A stretch of 64,000 bases of DNA from Eledone cirrhosa (GCA_964016885.1 OZ024743.1:152458001-152522000); one strand, 5' to 3'. Counted from the stretch's first letter, positions 37,500 to 51,885 are shown. Numbers and translations are program-made. The notes: generated from the sequence alone by a model not told the origin.

Positions 37500-40400
37500 T
37501 CTGTATTACTGCGTGGCACCAAAGATCTCAGTCCAGTGACATTGTCTTAGAGAGGTGCAAGTGTGTAAGGTTGGAATTTATCAAATCGTCCCAGGTTTTT
37601 CTGGGTCTACCTACTCCAGTACTTCCATCAATTTTGATCGCCCTGCACTTTTTTATACAGCTGTCTTTCATGCGCATCACATGACCATACCAATGTAGTC
37701 TTCTCTCAAGTAAACAGCATCTGATCCCTCTTATTCCTAATTTCTCACTTAGTTCATTTATGTTTTTCCGTTTGCGTATATTACTATTACATATCCAACG
37801 GAGCATACATGCTTCATTCCTTTCCAGTCAGCGCAGGTCCTCTGCACACAATGCCCATGTCTCTCTGCCATGTAACATTGCTGTTCGTATACAGGTATCA
37901 TACAATCTGCCTTTCATTTTTAGAGAGAAACCTTTAGCGGCCAATAGTGGTATAAGCTCTCTGAACTTTTTCCATCCTGTTCTGACTCTGGCTACTGTAC
38001 TTTCAGAGCACCCTCCATCACTGCTGATTTTGTTACCCAGGTAACGGAGGGTGTCTACTATTTCTATAGAACCATCTGGGCAATAGAAGGAGCTAGTATT
38101 ATGTGGGCACTTGCTACTTATTGCACCTGAGCATCAGCCACATATAAAATCTACATTCTTAGAAAGCTTACCTGTGATCCCACTACATCATTTTATGTAC
38201 CCATAGTTTGCATTTGGGACATAAAATGGAATTTCTACCTATTCTTTTCCTACATATTGAGCATGGCCATTTCCCAGAGGGCACCTGAGCCTTATTTTCC
38301 TTTCTACATACTAGAACTTTAGTCTTAGACAAGTTAACTTTATGGCCTTTTGATTCCAGGCCAAGCTTCCATCTTTGGAATTTCTTCTCCAGTTCAGCCA
38401 TAGATTCAGCTATGAGAGTTAGATCATCTGCGTATAAAAGTTCTCATGGGCAGCCTGTCATAAACTCCTCTGTTATAGCCTGAAGGGCAATAATAAATAG
38501 GAGGGGGCTAAGGACAGAGCCTTGATGAACACCAACTTTTACGCTAAATTCTTCACTATATTCGTTGTTAATTCTAACCTTGCTGACTGTTTCTTTATAC
38601 ATGGCTTGTATAGCTCTCACAAGCCATTCATCTACACCTAGTTTTCTAAGGGCCCACCAGATAATGGAGCAGGGGACTCTTTCAAAGGCTTTCTCCAAGT
38701 CAACAACAAAAGCTAAGTAGAGGGGTTTACTTTTAGCTAGGTACTTCTCCTGTTGTTGTCGTACAAGGAAAAGAGCATCTGTGGTACTTTTACCAGACGC
38801 AAACCCAAACTGCATTTCATCTAGATTAATTCGATCTCTGATTATTTGTGTTATAACTCTTTCTGTGACCTTGATTACCTGGTCAACTAACTTAATGCCT
38901 TTATAGTTTCCTCTATCTAGAGCATCTCCTTTACACTTGTAGCAGTTAATGATGCTGCTGCTACGCCAGTCCTTTGGTATGACCCCATTCTGTATTACTT
39001 GGTTTACTATCCGGGTGACCATAATATTTCCCACCCTTCCAGATACTTTCAACATCTCAGCAACTATCTCTGAAGGCCCAGCTGCCTTGCCTGTCTTCAT
39101 ATCTTTGATTACCTTACTTATACTACCTTTAACTTGCTCCGCTGGTCCCTCTATTGGATCAATTTGGGGCAGACTATCTTTTTCCCATTTATCCTCCTCA
39201 TTTAGAAGTCTCTCATAGTGACACTTTCAAGCTACCTTCTTATCAGTATCAGTGAGGGCAAGTACAACATCATCATTACGGAGACACTTCTCCCCGACAA
39301 TATCACGGTTTTCCTTGACACATTGCCTTGCAATCCTGAACACCTTACGTTTTTTGGTCCTCGCATTGTAGAACATGCTTGAACTTTCTATCCTCTGCTT
39401 CCCTTCTTGCAAAGTACACTTATCTTCTAGCTTCTCTCCTTGCCACTCTCTACTACCCCCATCCCGCCATACTTTCCAAGCCTGCATTTTGGCCTTGATT
39501 GTCTCCTCCACCTTACTATTCCACCACCAAATTACTCTCCTCCTGCCTGTAGGTCTGCTCCAGCCACAGACTTCATCTGTCGTCTTCAGCAGATTAACTT
39601 TCAGGAATTCCCACTGTTCCTCTATATTGTACGTCTCTAATTGCTCTTCCTTACTGTCAAAATCATCAAGTAATATGCTTTTAAATTTGTTACTGGCTGT
39701 AGGGTCCTTCAACTTCCATGTTCTTCTCCTCAAGTTAGTCCTCCTGTGTCGTCGAGTACGTCTAGTCCTGACTATGAGATCACTAACTATGAGACTATGT
39801 TGGGAGCTGCATTCTTCACAGCACAGGGGAAGGACTTAATGTTTACAACAGACACTTTGTTACATCTTATAGTAAGGATATAATCTAGCTGACTGGCATG
39901 TTCCCCTGATCTGTAGGTGATCAAGTGATTGTCTCATTTTTTGAAGTTTGTGTTACAGATAGTTAGGTTATTAGCGTCACAGAATTCCAGGATTCTGAAG
40001 CCTTCCTCATTTCTAGTACCAAAACCATAGCCTCCATGGATTTCATCATAGCCATCACAATGTTGTCCAACATGACCATTTAGGTCGCCAGCAATAATTA
40101 TGCAGTCACTATCGGTTATTTGGGAGGTATAGTGCATTTGAGACTCATAGAACCTGTCTTTTATAACGTCAGGTAGGCCATATTGGGGTACACAAGCGGA
40201 TATTATTGTCACAGTAGTTCTATTTAGGACTAGTCTTATTTTAATTATTCTGTCATTCACACTATTTTCGGCAATTCCCTTATCTACACATTTTTCTTCT
40301 AACATAATTCCTACTCCCCCCCAGCCCATTGTCATTTCCCACCCAGAAACATTTTTAGCATCGTTTTTTACCCACAATGAATCTAGCAGATCCACCCCTC

Positions 40401-40720
40401 CACCTAATCTCTTAAACACAACAAACATCAACTTCCTTACGTAAAAGCATCTCTACAACCTCGTTAGAGCGACCTTTTAAAGTGCCTACATTCATGGTAC
40501 CAACTCTGAAGTTTTGGATTTCATTGGCTGGGTGGAAGGGATGGGTAGGAGGCGCAGGGAGGGGTGAGGGAGATGGGATTATGTTGGCCATCCATGTCTG
40601 AAATAAAGATGAGTCCTTGCATTCTCGTCCGGCAGAGGGAGGTGAATTTATCTTTATCTTTGACATTGTCATTGAGTGTTCAGATTGTTCAGACTCTCCA
40701 GCTCTGTAGTCCATTTAACA
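37500..40720 (-). mobile_element. Near full-length RTE LINE (second subfamily), degenerate
   Basis: GTMNVGTLKGRSNE, GDLNGHVG, GKAAGPSE, DLEKAFERVP, VHQGSVLSPLLF, GKWPCSICRK..CPKCKLWVH, RRLHWYGH. Confidence 0.92.
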
Positions 40721-41069
40721 TATCGAAAAGCAACCAGGTCTAAACTTAAGGAGTAATAGCCGAGGCGGTGGCTTTGTGATAGAGATTGGTAAGAGAAACT
40801 AACTATAAACCGCTGAATTATGACTGGATCAAATTACAATGGTGGTGTGTGGGGACGGGGGACGGGGGGATTTGCGAGATGATTATTTTTAGAAAGGGTC
40901 CGACAGATTTATCTATATTATTGAAAAGATTAGATTCTAAGTTAAACGAACATATAACAAATAATAACAGTTTAAATACTGATAGGTAAATGGACTATGA
41001 ACAAGGAGAGACGACAAGAAAATGAACCGCATACGTTATATTTCTCAAATCAATTCGGCAGTGTTACGA

Positions 41070-42791
41070 ATGAACAAAAAAAGGAGGCCTGGAAATGTTA
41101 CTGATGAATGTGGAGAACGAATGGGAGAGAGAGAAATTCCCCCCAGTAGACCCGACAGAGGGACCATCTATTGAGATTGACGAATATAGGGTACAAGAGG
41201 CAATTAAGGAAATGAAGAATGGTAAGGCTGCTGGACCATCGGGGATAGTTGCTGAGTGGCTGAAGGCATCAGGTGAAGTAGGCATTTAAACTGGTTGCAC
41301 GCATCATCAATCAAGTTATATATGGTGGTGTCATACCCAAAGACTAGTGCAGCAGTATTCTCATAAATTGCTACAAAGGTAAAGGGGTTGCTCTAGAGAG
41401 GAGCAATTATAGGGCATAAAGCTGATGGATCAGGTTATGAAAGTAGCAGAGAGAATATTAGCACAACTGATTAGAGAAAGGGTCAAATTAGAAGAGATGC
41501 AGTTTGATTTTGTGCCTCGGAAAAGTACAACAGATGCTCACTACTTAGTGAGGCAACTACAAGAGAAGTTCTTAGAGAAGAATAAGCCAATATACTTAGC
41601 TTTTGTTGACCTAGAGAAGGCCTTTGATAGGGTACCCCGATCTGTCATCTGGTGGTCCCTAAGGAAACTAGGTGTAGAGGAATGGCTTGTCAGGACAGTG
41701 CAAGCTATGCACAGGGGTGCTGTCAGTAAAGTGAGAGTAGGTATGGAGTTTATTGAGGAATTCCAGATACAAGTAGGTGTACATCAGGGTTCGGTCCTCA
41801 GCCCTCTCTTGTTCATTATAGTCCTCCAAGCCATAACAGAGGAGTTTAAGACTGGATGCACATGGGAACTTCTCTATGCTGATGATCTGGCACTTATAAC
41901 AGAATCAGTAGAGGAGCTAGAGAATAAATTCTGGCTATGGAAACAGCAGTTGGAATCAAAGGGACTGAGAATGAAGATAGCTAAGACAAAAGTGTTGATA
42001 AGTAGAAAATAGGGCCATTTCCCGGATTCCATCAGGGAAATGGCCAAGTTCGATATGTAGGAAAGGAACTGGTAGTGGGATAGCAGGCAAACTAACAGGC
42101 AGGGAAAACTATGTATGCAGTAGATGTGGAGGGAAAGTTGACAGTAGTAATTGCAGTGATAGACACATTTTTCCAATGCAGGTGGGTTCTATAGAAGTGG
42201 TTGATAGCTTCCGGTACCTAGGTGATCAGATTAGCCTGGGAGGAGGGTGTTCCGTGGCTATAGTATCTAGAATAAGAAAGGGTTGGAAGAAATTTAGGAG
42301 CTGCTTTCTCTGTTGAAAAAGAAGGGTTTCTCTCTGCGTATGAAAGGCCGGTTATATGATGCCTGTGTGAGCTGCACGATTCCACATGGTAGTGAGACAT
42401 GGGCAGCAACTGCAGAGGATATGCGACGGCTGTAGAGAAATGAAGCAAGAATGTTCTGTTGGATGTGCAATGTCAATGTGTGTGAACGACCAAGCATAGA
42501 CGAGTTGAGAAAGAAACTGGGTATAAGAGGGATAAGTTGTGGTATGCAGGAGAGAAGGCTGAGATGGTATGGACATGTGATGCGCACGGAGGATGACCGC
42601 TGGGTAAAGAAGTGCCAAGAAATCCCAGTAGAAGGAAGATGCAGTAGAGGTAAACCACGAAAAACATGGGCGGAGATTTCAGATCGCCGAAGAGATGACG
42701 AACGACCGTGACAAGATGCTGTGCTGAATAGGACCCGTCCAACCCTTGCAAGCAGGGAAAAGCGGACGTAAAATGATGATGATGATGATGA

Positions 42792-42795
<4 letters not shown>
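41070..42795 (+). mobile_element. RTE LINE 3' half, same subfamily as 5075-8870
   Basis: DQVMKVAERILAQLIRERVKL, DLEKAFDRVPR, LYADDL; same 3' end cttgcaagcagggaaaagcggacgtaaaat(gat)n. Confidence 0.92.
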
Positions 42796-42864
<69 letters not shown>

Positions 42865-42924
42865 AGCAGGGAAAAGCAGACGTAAAATGATATATATATA
42901 TGTATGTATATATGTACACACATA

Positions 42925-43390
42925 ATTAAATAAGATAACAAGGACGATTGGTTATTCCTTCATTACGTTTATTGGTTGGTGACGCGCGTTTCGCCATTGA
43001 CCAGCTCAAGGTTTGATCTGTATCGATCTGACCTGACTCTGTAATCCATGGCTCATCAGACACATTGTAATGTAAATGTAAGAATGAATATATGCTGTAT
43101 GACAATGTCAGAAGTTCCAATGGTGGCCAGTAAAGTTTTGTTTTGATTGGTGGATTAGTTCATAGGGATGTTTTTGCCTGTAGTGTATGTGGGGGTGGGT
43201 GTGGTGAAAATATTGGGGTGTGGAGCGCAGGTTGAAGTGGGCGTGGTGTGGGGGTGGTGGCTGTCGGTAGACAGTTTGGCATGTATATGTGGCTGATTTT
43301 TGTGAGGGGTGTAGTGTTGTTGTTTGTCAAAAGATGAAAAATGTTGGTATTTATGGTGGTGTGATGATTGTGTTCATGGTTTCATTTCCA
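42925..43390 (-). mobile_element. Penelope pLTR/retrozyme-like non-coding element
   Basis: C/A-rich body, then hammerhead, AATAAA and tail; the tail matches the 24043-24329 palindrome arms; lies between simple repeats. Confidence 0.7.
42979..43061 (-). ncRNA. Hammerhead ribozyme, intact core, extended stem II, palindromic stem III
   Basis: GT-CTGATGA-GCCAT...(~50 nt)...ATGGC-GAAAC GCGC GTC-AC. Confidence 0.8.
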
Positions 43391-43444
43391 TAAAGAGATG
43401 CATACATAGACATATACATAGTATATGACAAATACATAGTATAG

Positions 43445-43525
<81 letters not shown>

Positions 43526-43904
43526 TAAAGTTAGTCCTTCATCAGTGATCTTCCAACCATCATTGGTATTTCATCGCTTTAAAGACCATATACCTCCGGT
43601 TGGTGCGAGCAACGGCTAAAAAAAAAGTCGTTGGGACACGTAAATAAAGGCAACACGAGTGTAAACAAACAAAATGGTGAAGCAACGAAAAGTGAGGAAG
43701 AAGGAGTCAAGTCCCAAATTTCTATGAATTTAAATTCGGTGAAATCGTGAACGAGAGAGAATAAAGACCATCAAACCTGGTTGGAATGTAAGCAAGGAAG
43801 GAATTCCGTACAGGTCTAACGGGAGGAAGAAGGGATCTAGTCTGTGATTTCGGTGAACGTAAGTTCTGTGAAATCGTAGACGAGAGAAAAAAAAAAAAAA
43901 AAAA

Positions 43905-45225
43905 AAAAGGTGTAGGTATACTATTAGCTGACAAATGGGTAGATTAGGCAATCTCAGTGAACAGGGTGAATTCAAGAATCATTAAACTCAGACTAGTCCT
44001 GAATAAAGCAATTGCCACAATAATATCAGCTTACGCACCCCAATCGAGGTTGCCAGACAAAATTAAGGATAGGTTTTACGAGTCCCTACTACCCTACTAC
44101 CCTAACAAACGACAATGACTTCCTAATCATTGTAGGAGATTTTAACGGACACGTTGGTAAAAACCGTGACGGCTTCTATAGAATCCATTGAGGCCACGGG
44201 TTTGGCACAAGAAACGAAGAAGGCTTCAGGCTTCTAGAAATCTGCGACGCCAATGACATGTCGATATGTTACACAAACTTCAAAAAACCCAACAACCATC
44301 TGATCACCTATAGATCAGGGGAGCATTCTAGTCAGATAGATTTTATCCTCATCAGAGGATATGATAGATGGACGGTTGTAAACACAAAACCCTTCCTTGG
44401 TAAGGAATGTACTTCCCAACATAACTTAGTTATCAGCGACCTCACTGTCAAAACTAGATGAACTTGGAAACAGAAGGCAACCTGGAGAAGAAAGATCTGG
44501 ACGCTGAAAGACCCCTCAGCCAGTAACAAATGTAAAGATATTTTACTTGACACCTATGACAGTAAAGAAGAACAGAGACAGACATTCAATGTAGAAGAGC
44601 ACTGGGAGTTCCTAAAAAATAACTTACTAAAGGCGACGGATGAGATCTGTGGTTGGAGCAAGACAACAAGGAAGAGGAGAGTGACTTGGTGGTGGAACAA
44701 TAAGGTAGACGAGGCAGTTAAGGCTAAGAGACAGGCATGGAAAGAATGGAAGAAAGGGGGAAGCAGGGTACATTACATAGAAACCAGGAGGGAAGCTAGG
44801 CGACAAGTATACTTAGCTAGGAGGGAAGCAGAGGATAGAAAATTCAAGCATGTTTTGCAACGCGAGGACCAGAAACAGGAGGTGTTCAAGATTGCGAGGC
44901 AATGTGTCAGAGAGAATTGTATCCAGAATGATAAAGCTGAGCTTGCCCTCACAAGTGCTGAGAAGAAAGATGCATGGAAGAGCCATTATGAAAGATTACT
45001 AAATGAGGAGAATACATGGGAAAAAGAGACCCTACTCCAAGTGGACCCTATAGAGGGGCCAGCAGTACATGTCAGCAGCAGCGTAGTAAGTAAGGCAATC
45101 ACACATATGAAGACGGCGAAGGTAACCGGTCCATCGGGTATAGCTGCCGAGATGCTGAAGGCATCTGGGTTGGTAGGTCACACCATAACCACACATATTA
45201 TTACCCAGGTAATACTAGAGGGTGT
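43905..45225 (+). mobile_element. RTE LINE, 5' part (endonuclease), interrupted by the Gypsy provirus
   Basis: SAYAPQ, GDFNGHVG, SQIDFILI, TWWWNNKV; frame ...LEGV|IPKDW resumes at 50860. Confidence 0.9.
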
Positions 45226-45725
45226 TTTAGGATATGTTCTGTATCAGGTGTATATAAATTATCAAGAATGACAATAAATCCAGGTGAGTGTTGTGACATG
45301 GTTTTACTTCACAGAAGTCAAATAAATTAATATAAATAATTGTTACCACATGTTGATGTTCAGTTGGTCACAACTCCCAGACTGGAGTGTGTAGAGAAGA
45401 ACAGAAATTTTCTCTTGGTAATTTTCAAGTGTTTCTTTAGGCTGCCGGCGCAGGAAGTGAGACAGGAGTCATCTGTTGACAAGGTCTGAGGTGTTCTTCT
45501 TGTTCATTCGAAGTTCAGGATGCGAGAGAGTTATGCCTTGATTGTCCTCAAATATATAGTCCCCAGGGGGACGCAACTCCATTTAGTACATGGATCTGCC
45601 ACAGGGAGTTGCGACCGTCACAAAGGGACGCAACTCCTATACGTATCTGACACTGGGAGTCGCGACCGTCGCAAAGGGACGCAACTCTTATACGTTCTGA
45701 GTTACAGCCGTCAGGGGCCGCTACA
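45226..45725 (-). repeat. 3' LTR of the Gypsy provirus
   Basis: About 15 differences from the 5' LTR by eye; PPT adjacent. Confidence 0.95.
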
Positions 45726-48700
45726 GTACCCTCCTCCAGACGTTAGGCGAAAAGCCCGAAGGTAACTGTAGCGAACCCACAAGCATGGGCTCCCAGCACA
45801 GGCATGAAATGGTAACGAAAAGGTACATGTATAAATCAGGCATGAAATGGTAACGAAAAGGTACATGGTAATACAATAAAGAGAAAAACAAAAAAAGGCT
45901 CCAGTGGCCAGTTCACATGAAAACAGTTTGGCAGAGTTTTTTGGACCAGTGGACTCTTCGACCGGAACGGGTCGTGGTCTTGTATGTAGGTGAAGGTGGG
46001 ACAGAAGGAGCAGGTGTATGCACAAGAGAGAAAGATTGGGGTATTTGTGGCTCGGGTGTATGAGCGTCATTGTATGCCCTTTTTAGTCTATCCACCGAAA
46101 TTGTCTCTCTGGACCCCTTAATGTCTACAGTGAAATGTTTGTCAGTACGTGCTAACACACAGTAGGGTCCAGAGTACGGTTGTGTGAGGGGTGGAGTAAC
46201 CGCATCGTTTCTGACGAATACATGTGTCCACGAGGCAATATCCCTCGGGACTGCAGCTTTAATAGTTTGTTTCCTAGTAAGTCCTGAAAATAGGAGCGCA
46301 ATCGAGATACGTAGGAAACAGGGTCCTGGAAAACAAGATCAACAGGGGCAAGCATTTGCCCAGGCAATGCTAGAGGAGCACCATACAGTAATTCGGCCGG
46401 GGAGAACCCAAGGTCCTCCTTTATTGATGACCGAATTCCTAACAACACAATAGGAAGGTACTCGCTCCAACGTTGAGAGTCTGGATAGGCGCGAAGAGCG
46501 GCCTTTAATTGGCGGTGGAATCATTCCACCATTCCGTTTGAAGCAGGATGATAAGCTGTGGTCCGAATCCGTTGAGCACCAATGATCTTTTTGAGCTCAG
46601 AGAAGAGATGAGACTCAAATTGTCTACCACGGTCTGTGGTGACTGTAGTTGGTACTCCAAAGCGGGTAATCCACCCTGATACCAGGGCACGCGCTACAGT
46701 CTTAGAAGTTACATATTTTAAGGGGATGGCTTCAGACCATCGCGAAAAATGATCGATACAGGTCAAGAGGTACGAATATCCACTGCTGAATGGCTAAGGT
46801 CCAACGATATCAATGTGGATGTGTTGAAACCGAGCATCTGGAGTACTGAAAGTAACAAGTGGAGTCTGGATATGTCTGTGGATTTTAGATCTCTGACACT
46901 GTGGGCAGGAACGGCACCAGTCAGTAATTTCTCGCCTCATATTGGGCCAGAAAAATCTAACCGTTATAAGCTTTACTGTGGCAGAAATTCCTGGGTGAGA
47001 AATGCTGTGCAAAGCAAGGAACACAATTCGACGGTGAGTCTCACGAACAAATGGTCGTGGTGAATCCGTAGATACATCACATAGAATATGCCTGTCGGTG
47101 GTCAACAAGGGCAGATATTTGAAGATGCAAGTCGCAAATTCGGCAGAAAGAGTATCCAACGATTGGAGTGCAGGTTGGTCTGTAGCTAAACGACCTAAGT
47201 CGATCTCCTGGGATGACGAGATGGAGCTGATTGGCCAACGTGACAATGCGCCTGCAGCTATGTTATGCGAGCCAGCAATGTGCTGGATATCATTTGTAAA
47301 TTGCGAAACGTAATCCAGGTGCCTTGTCTCTCTGGGCGAATATCTGTCGGCTTTAGCCCTCAAAGCGAGGGTCAGAGGTTTGTGGTCGGTTAAAACAGTA
47401 AAATTTCTCCCCTCAAGAATATGAGAGAAATGTTTTACCGACAGATATATGGCTAATAATTCCCGCCCAAACGTGCTGTAACGCGTTTCTGCTGGTTTCA
47501 GCTTCCTTGAGAAAAATGCCAAAGGTTGTTGGTTTCCAGCGCTGTACTGCTGTAAAACTGCTCCCACAGCGGTATCAGATGCATCAACACAAAGCGAAAG
47601 CTTGGCCTCTGGTACCGGGTGGGCTAGCAAAATTGAACTAGCGAGTGCTGTCTTGGCAGTCTGGAAGTCTTGAAGCTGTCCTTGTGTCAAGGAAATATCC
47701 TCATTCTTCTTATGACGATTTTTCCAAATGTCAGTAAGGGAAGATAGCAAATTAGCACAATGAGGAAGGAAACGCCTATAGAAATTGATTAGGCCTAAGA
47801 AGTGACGCAACTGGTGAAGTGTAGTAGGCGGAGGTAAATCCTGTATGGCTTGAACTCGCTGAGGGAGTGGCCTAATACCTTCGGCGCCGATGAGGTGGCC
47901 TAAGAAATTTAGCGAAGTGGAACCGAAAACACACGAACGCGAAATAAGAGATGCATGTGGCGCATATGCTCTTCCGGAGAGGAACTAGCGACGAGAATAT
48001 CGTCTGTGTAAGCATAAACGAAGTCCAGACCACAAGTGACTTCGTCTATGAACCGCTGAAAAGTTCTAGCGGCGTTCCTGAGTCCGAAAGGCATGGTCAA
48101 AAATTCGAAGGATCCGAAAGGAGTTGTAATCGCCGTTTTCGGAATATCCTCCTTCCTGACCGGAATTTGGTGGTAGGCTCGCACTAAATCTAGTTTTGAG
48201 AAAATCTTACACCCCTGCAATGAAGATGCGAAATCCTGGAGATGGGGAATGGGATACCTATCCGGGACGGTCATAGCATTTAACCTCCTATAATCCCCAG
48301 TGGGTCTCCAGTCGCCGGAAGTCTTGGGCACCATGTGTAACGGTGAAGCCCAAGGACTCGTAGATGAGCGAATAATGCCCAGCTGCAGCATATGGTCGAA
48401 CTCGGACCGTGCTGCTATTAATTTGTCCGCCGATAGGCGGCGTGGACGCGAAAACACTGGAGCACCGGAGGTGGAAATTAAATGTTCAGTTGAGTGTGTT
48501 GACTCTGTGACTCGAAAATTTCCATCGGTGAGCTCCGGGAAAGAACCTAAAAATGAATGGTAGGTGTCTCCAGCGGCAGCGATGAAGAATATGGGGCTGA
48601 CTGTTGGAGCATTGGCTTTCCGGCCACGAATTGAAAAACCGGTGATGTCATCCACCAGGCGTTGGCCACGGACGTGCACAGTCAAAGAGAAGTTGTGGAG

Positions 48701-50355
48701 GAAATCCGCTCCTAAGATAGGGTATGGCAAATCGGCAACCGTAAAAATCCACTTAAAATCCCTACGAATATTTAGGAATTTGAGAGGAAGCGAGATTTTC
48801 CCGTACGTCTTTACAGACGAGTGATTAACGGCCTGCAGAGTAACGGATGACTCTACAGGGGTATCTTTCAGGCAATGGACCGGCCAAATACTACAGGAGG
48901 CTCCTGTATCCACGAGGAAACCTCTACACGACCTAAGGTCCTTAATGAAGAAATGGCGGTTTGGTGGCTTTATGTTGAGGTCAACTGCCCCCATCAGCGG
49001 ACCTCTTTGGCGTTTCCTGCCTTATGAAACGAGCAAGGTTGCACGCAGTGGTTCGCTATCTCGGCGAATCGTTCATGGTACCAGCATAAAGATGAAGCTG
49101 GTGACTTGGAGCGACGTCTAAAAGATTGAGATCTCCCGCGGCTGCGGGGGCGCGAACGGGCACCACATCAGACCTTCACCTTCTGGAGCTCCAGGGTGAG
49201 TTCCTGAATGGCCCTCTGCATCGCCGTAATAGCTGAGCTCTCTGTAGGAGCTGCCGCGCAGATGGCATGGCCAGGTGTGTCTTGAGCTCGTTGGGAAACA
49301 GCGGCAAGGGCTTCGCTGCCTCCAGCACCCGTAACTTCGAAAACTTTGTCCGCAGAGGCGGCAAGCTGATCCACCGTGCAAGTATCCCTAAAGGGGGCCA
49401 AAACTGCCTGTACGTTGGTCGGTAGGCATGAAACAACAACTGCTTCAGCATGGCAGTTTCCGCCACCGACCCCTCCGTTAGGTCCTTCATTCGCCTTAGG
49501 AGGTTCGATGGGGTGCCATCACCGATATGCTCCTGATGGACCAGAGCCCTAAACCTTTTTTCTTCGGACTGTGCAGTCCGGCAGAGTATTTCAGCCTTCA
49601 GAGACTTGTACGTCGCGTCGGTGGGTGTCTCTAACACCAGGTCCTTAATCGCTGGGATAAGTGCCGGCGGAATTGCACTAAGGACCAGAAGTCGTTGTTG
49701 TGCCTCGTCAATTCTGTTCGCCTCGAAAAATGCTTCGAGTTGGGCGAACCATAACTTTACGTCGCCCGTGTACGTAGGTAGAACAGAATGAGATGCCATT
49801 GGTATACCGTAGGTAATCTGCAAAAAAAAAGAAAAATCGTCTCCGTTTGGAAAAATGTCTCCAACACAGCAGAAAAGGAAAACAAAATCCCTTATTTTTC
49901 TCTGTCAAACAACTGGACAGGAAAAAGAATGCATCCGAGGCTACTTGCAAAGGAGCGACTAACCGAGCGATGTCATTAACAAGGTATAGGCAGGGAATTT
50001 AAAACTAAAACCAACATGGCGGACTATTTCGCGCTGAAAACACTATTGATGGAGAAGAAAGCCACCATCTTGTCATCCTCAAAATGTTTAGCCAGAGAAA
50101 AGAAGAAAAGGAGAAAAAAAAATCATTCATACAATTGCTGTTTGTGTGTAAATAATTTGGATGTTCGTTTTGCACATATGAAGAGTTTGATGTTAAGTGT
50201 TACAGAGAAATATGTTTAGCTCGGTCAATACAGCCATATCAGAATCATGTGTGTTGTTCTGTATTAAATGTTTTTTTTCTTCTCTTTTTTTTTATATACA
50301 CATGGTACCATTTCCCATTCTTTTGTTTATTTTTTTTTAAACGTCAGTTCACCAA

Positions 50356-50855
50356 TTTAGGATATGTTCTGTATCAGGTGTATATAAATTATCAAGAATG
50401 ACAATAAATGCAGGTGAGTGTTGTGACATAGTTTTACTTCACAGAAGTCAAATAAATTAATATAAATAATTGTTACCACATGTTGATGTTCAGTTGGTCA
50501 CAACTCCCAGACTGGAGTGTGTAGAGAAGAACAGAAATCTTCTCTTGGTAATTTTCAAGTGTTTCTTTAGGCTGCCGGCGCAGGAAGTGAGACAGGAGTC
50601 ATCTGTTGACAAGGTCTGAGGTGTTCTTCTTGTTCATTCGAAGTTCAGGATGCGAGAGAGTTATGGCTTGATTGTCCTCAAATATATAGTCCCCAGGGGG
50701 AACCAACTCCATTTAGTACATGGATTTTCCACAGGGAGTCGCGACCGTCACAAAGGGACGCAACTCCTATACGTATCTGACACTGGGAGTCGCGACCGTT
50801 GGAAAGGGACGCAACTCCTATACGTGCTGAGTTACAGCCGTAAGGGGTCGCTACA
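50356..50855 (-). repeat. 5' LTR of the Gypsy provirus
   Basis: TGTAG...CTAAA on minus, followed by a PBS resembling the tRNA-Trp complement. Confidence 0.95.
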
Positions 50856-51885
50856 GTGTCATACCAAAGGATTGGTGCAGCAGCATCATTGTCAACTGCT
50901 ACAAGGGTAAAGGTGATGCACTAGATACAGGAAACTATAGAGGTATAAAGCTGATGGACCAGGTCATGAAAGTAACGGAAAGAATTATAGCACACTTGAT
51001 TAGAGACTGGGTAAAACTAGATGAGATGCAATTTGTGTTTGTGCCAGGAAAATGCACCACTGATGCCCTCTTCCTTGTGAGGCAGTTACAGGAAAAGTAC
51101 CTAGCTAAAAGTAAGCGGCTCTACCTGGCATTCGGTGATCTGGAAAAAGCCTTCAACAGAGGCCCCTGTGCTATAATCTGGTGGGGTCTTAGAAAACTAG
51201 GAGCAGATGAATGGCATGTGAAGCTGTACAAGCCATGTATAGGGGAGTAGTCAGCAAAGTTAGGGTTAGAAATGACTATATATGAGGAATTTAGCATACA
51301 GGTCGGTGTCCACCAAGGCTCTGTTCATTATAGGTCCACCGACCTGTTCATTATAGTTTTGCAGGCAATAACGGAGGAGTTTAAGACCGGATGCCCAAGG
51401 GAACTCCTCTATGCGGATGATCTCACATTTATAGCTGAATCTATGGTGGAACTAGAGAAGAAATTCCAGACATGGAAGCAGGGACTAGAAAGAAAGGGTC
51501 TCAAAGTCAACATGACAAAGACTAAGGTCCTCGTAAGTAGACGAGAAAACAGAACCCAGATCCCCTCAGGGAAATGGCCTTGCTCAGTATGTAGAAAAGG
51601 TGTAGGTAGGAACTCCATCCCCAGTCCCAAATGCAAACAATGGGTTCACATGAGATGTAGTGGGATCTCAGGAAGCTCAACTAAGAATGTAGGCTTCACA
51701 TGTAGCAGCTGCTCTGGGACAGCAAACAGCAAAGAGCCACAGGAAACAAGTACCACCAAACTCTTGGAGGGCTCTGTAGAAAGAGTAGACAGATTCTGCC
51801 ACCTAGGTGACCGAATTAGCAGTGGAGGTGGGTGTTCGGCAAGTAGAATAACTAGGGTAAGAATGGGATGGAAGAAGTGCCACGA
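50856..51885 (+). mobile_element. RTE LINE, 3' part (RT + PHD-like finger), continuing 43905-45225
   Basis: DQVMKVTER, DLEKAFNR, LYADDL, GKWPCSVCRKGVGRNSI..CKQWVHMRCSG..CSSC. Confidence 0.9.

Larger units (their letters stand above)
45226..50855 (-). mobile_element. Full-length Ty3/Gypsy LTR retrotransposon (gag, PR, RT, RNase H, IN), frameshifted
   Basis: 500-bp LTRs at 45226-45725 and 50356-50855; TSD GTGT; PBS tTGGTGAACTGACGT; PPT GGAGGAGGG; gag [66 protein letters not shown]. Confidence 0.96.

Noticed and set aside
40730-41070. CpG-containing unique spacer between divergent RTEs as a host promoter or first exon
   Set aside because: No diagnostic motif; it could be LINE 5'UTR or another repeat.
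43505-43545. CTGATGAAGG on minus as a hammerhead
   Set aside because: There is no stem II closure or GAAA before the (TA)n.
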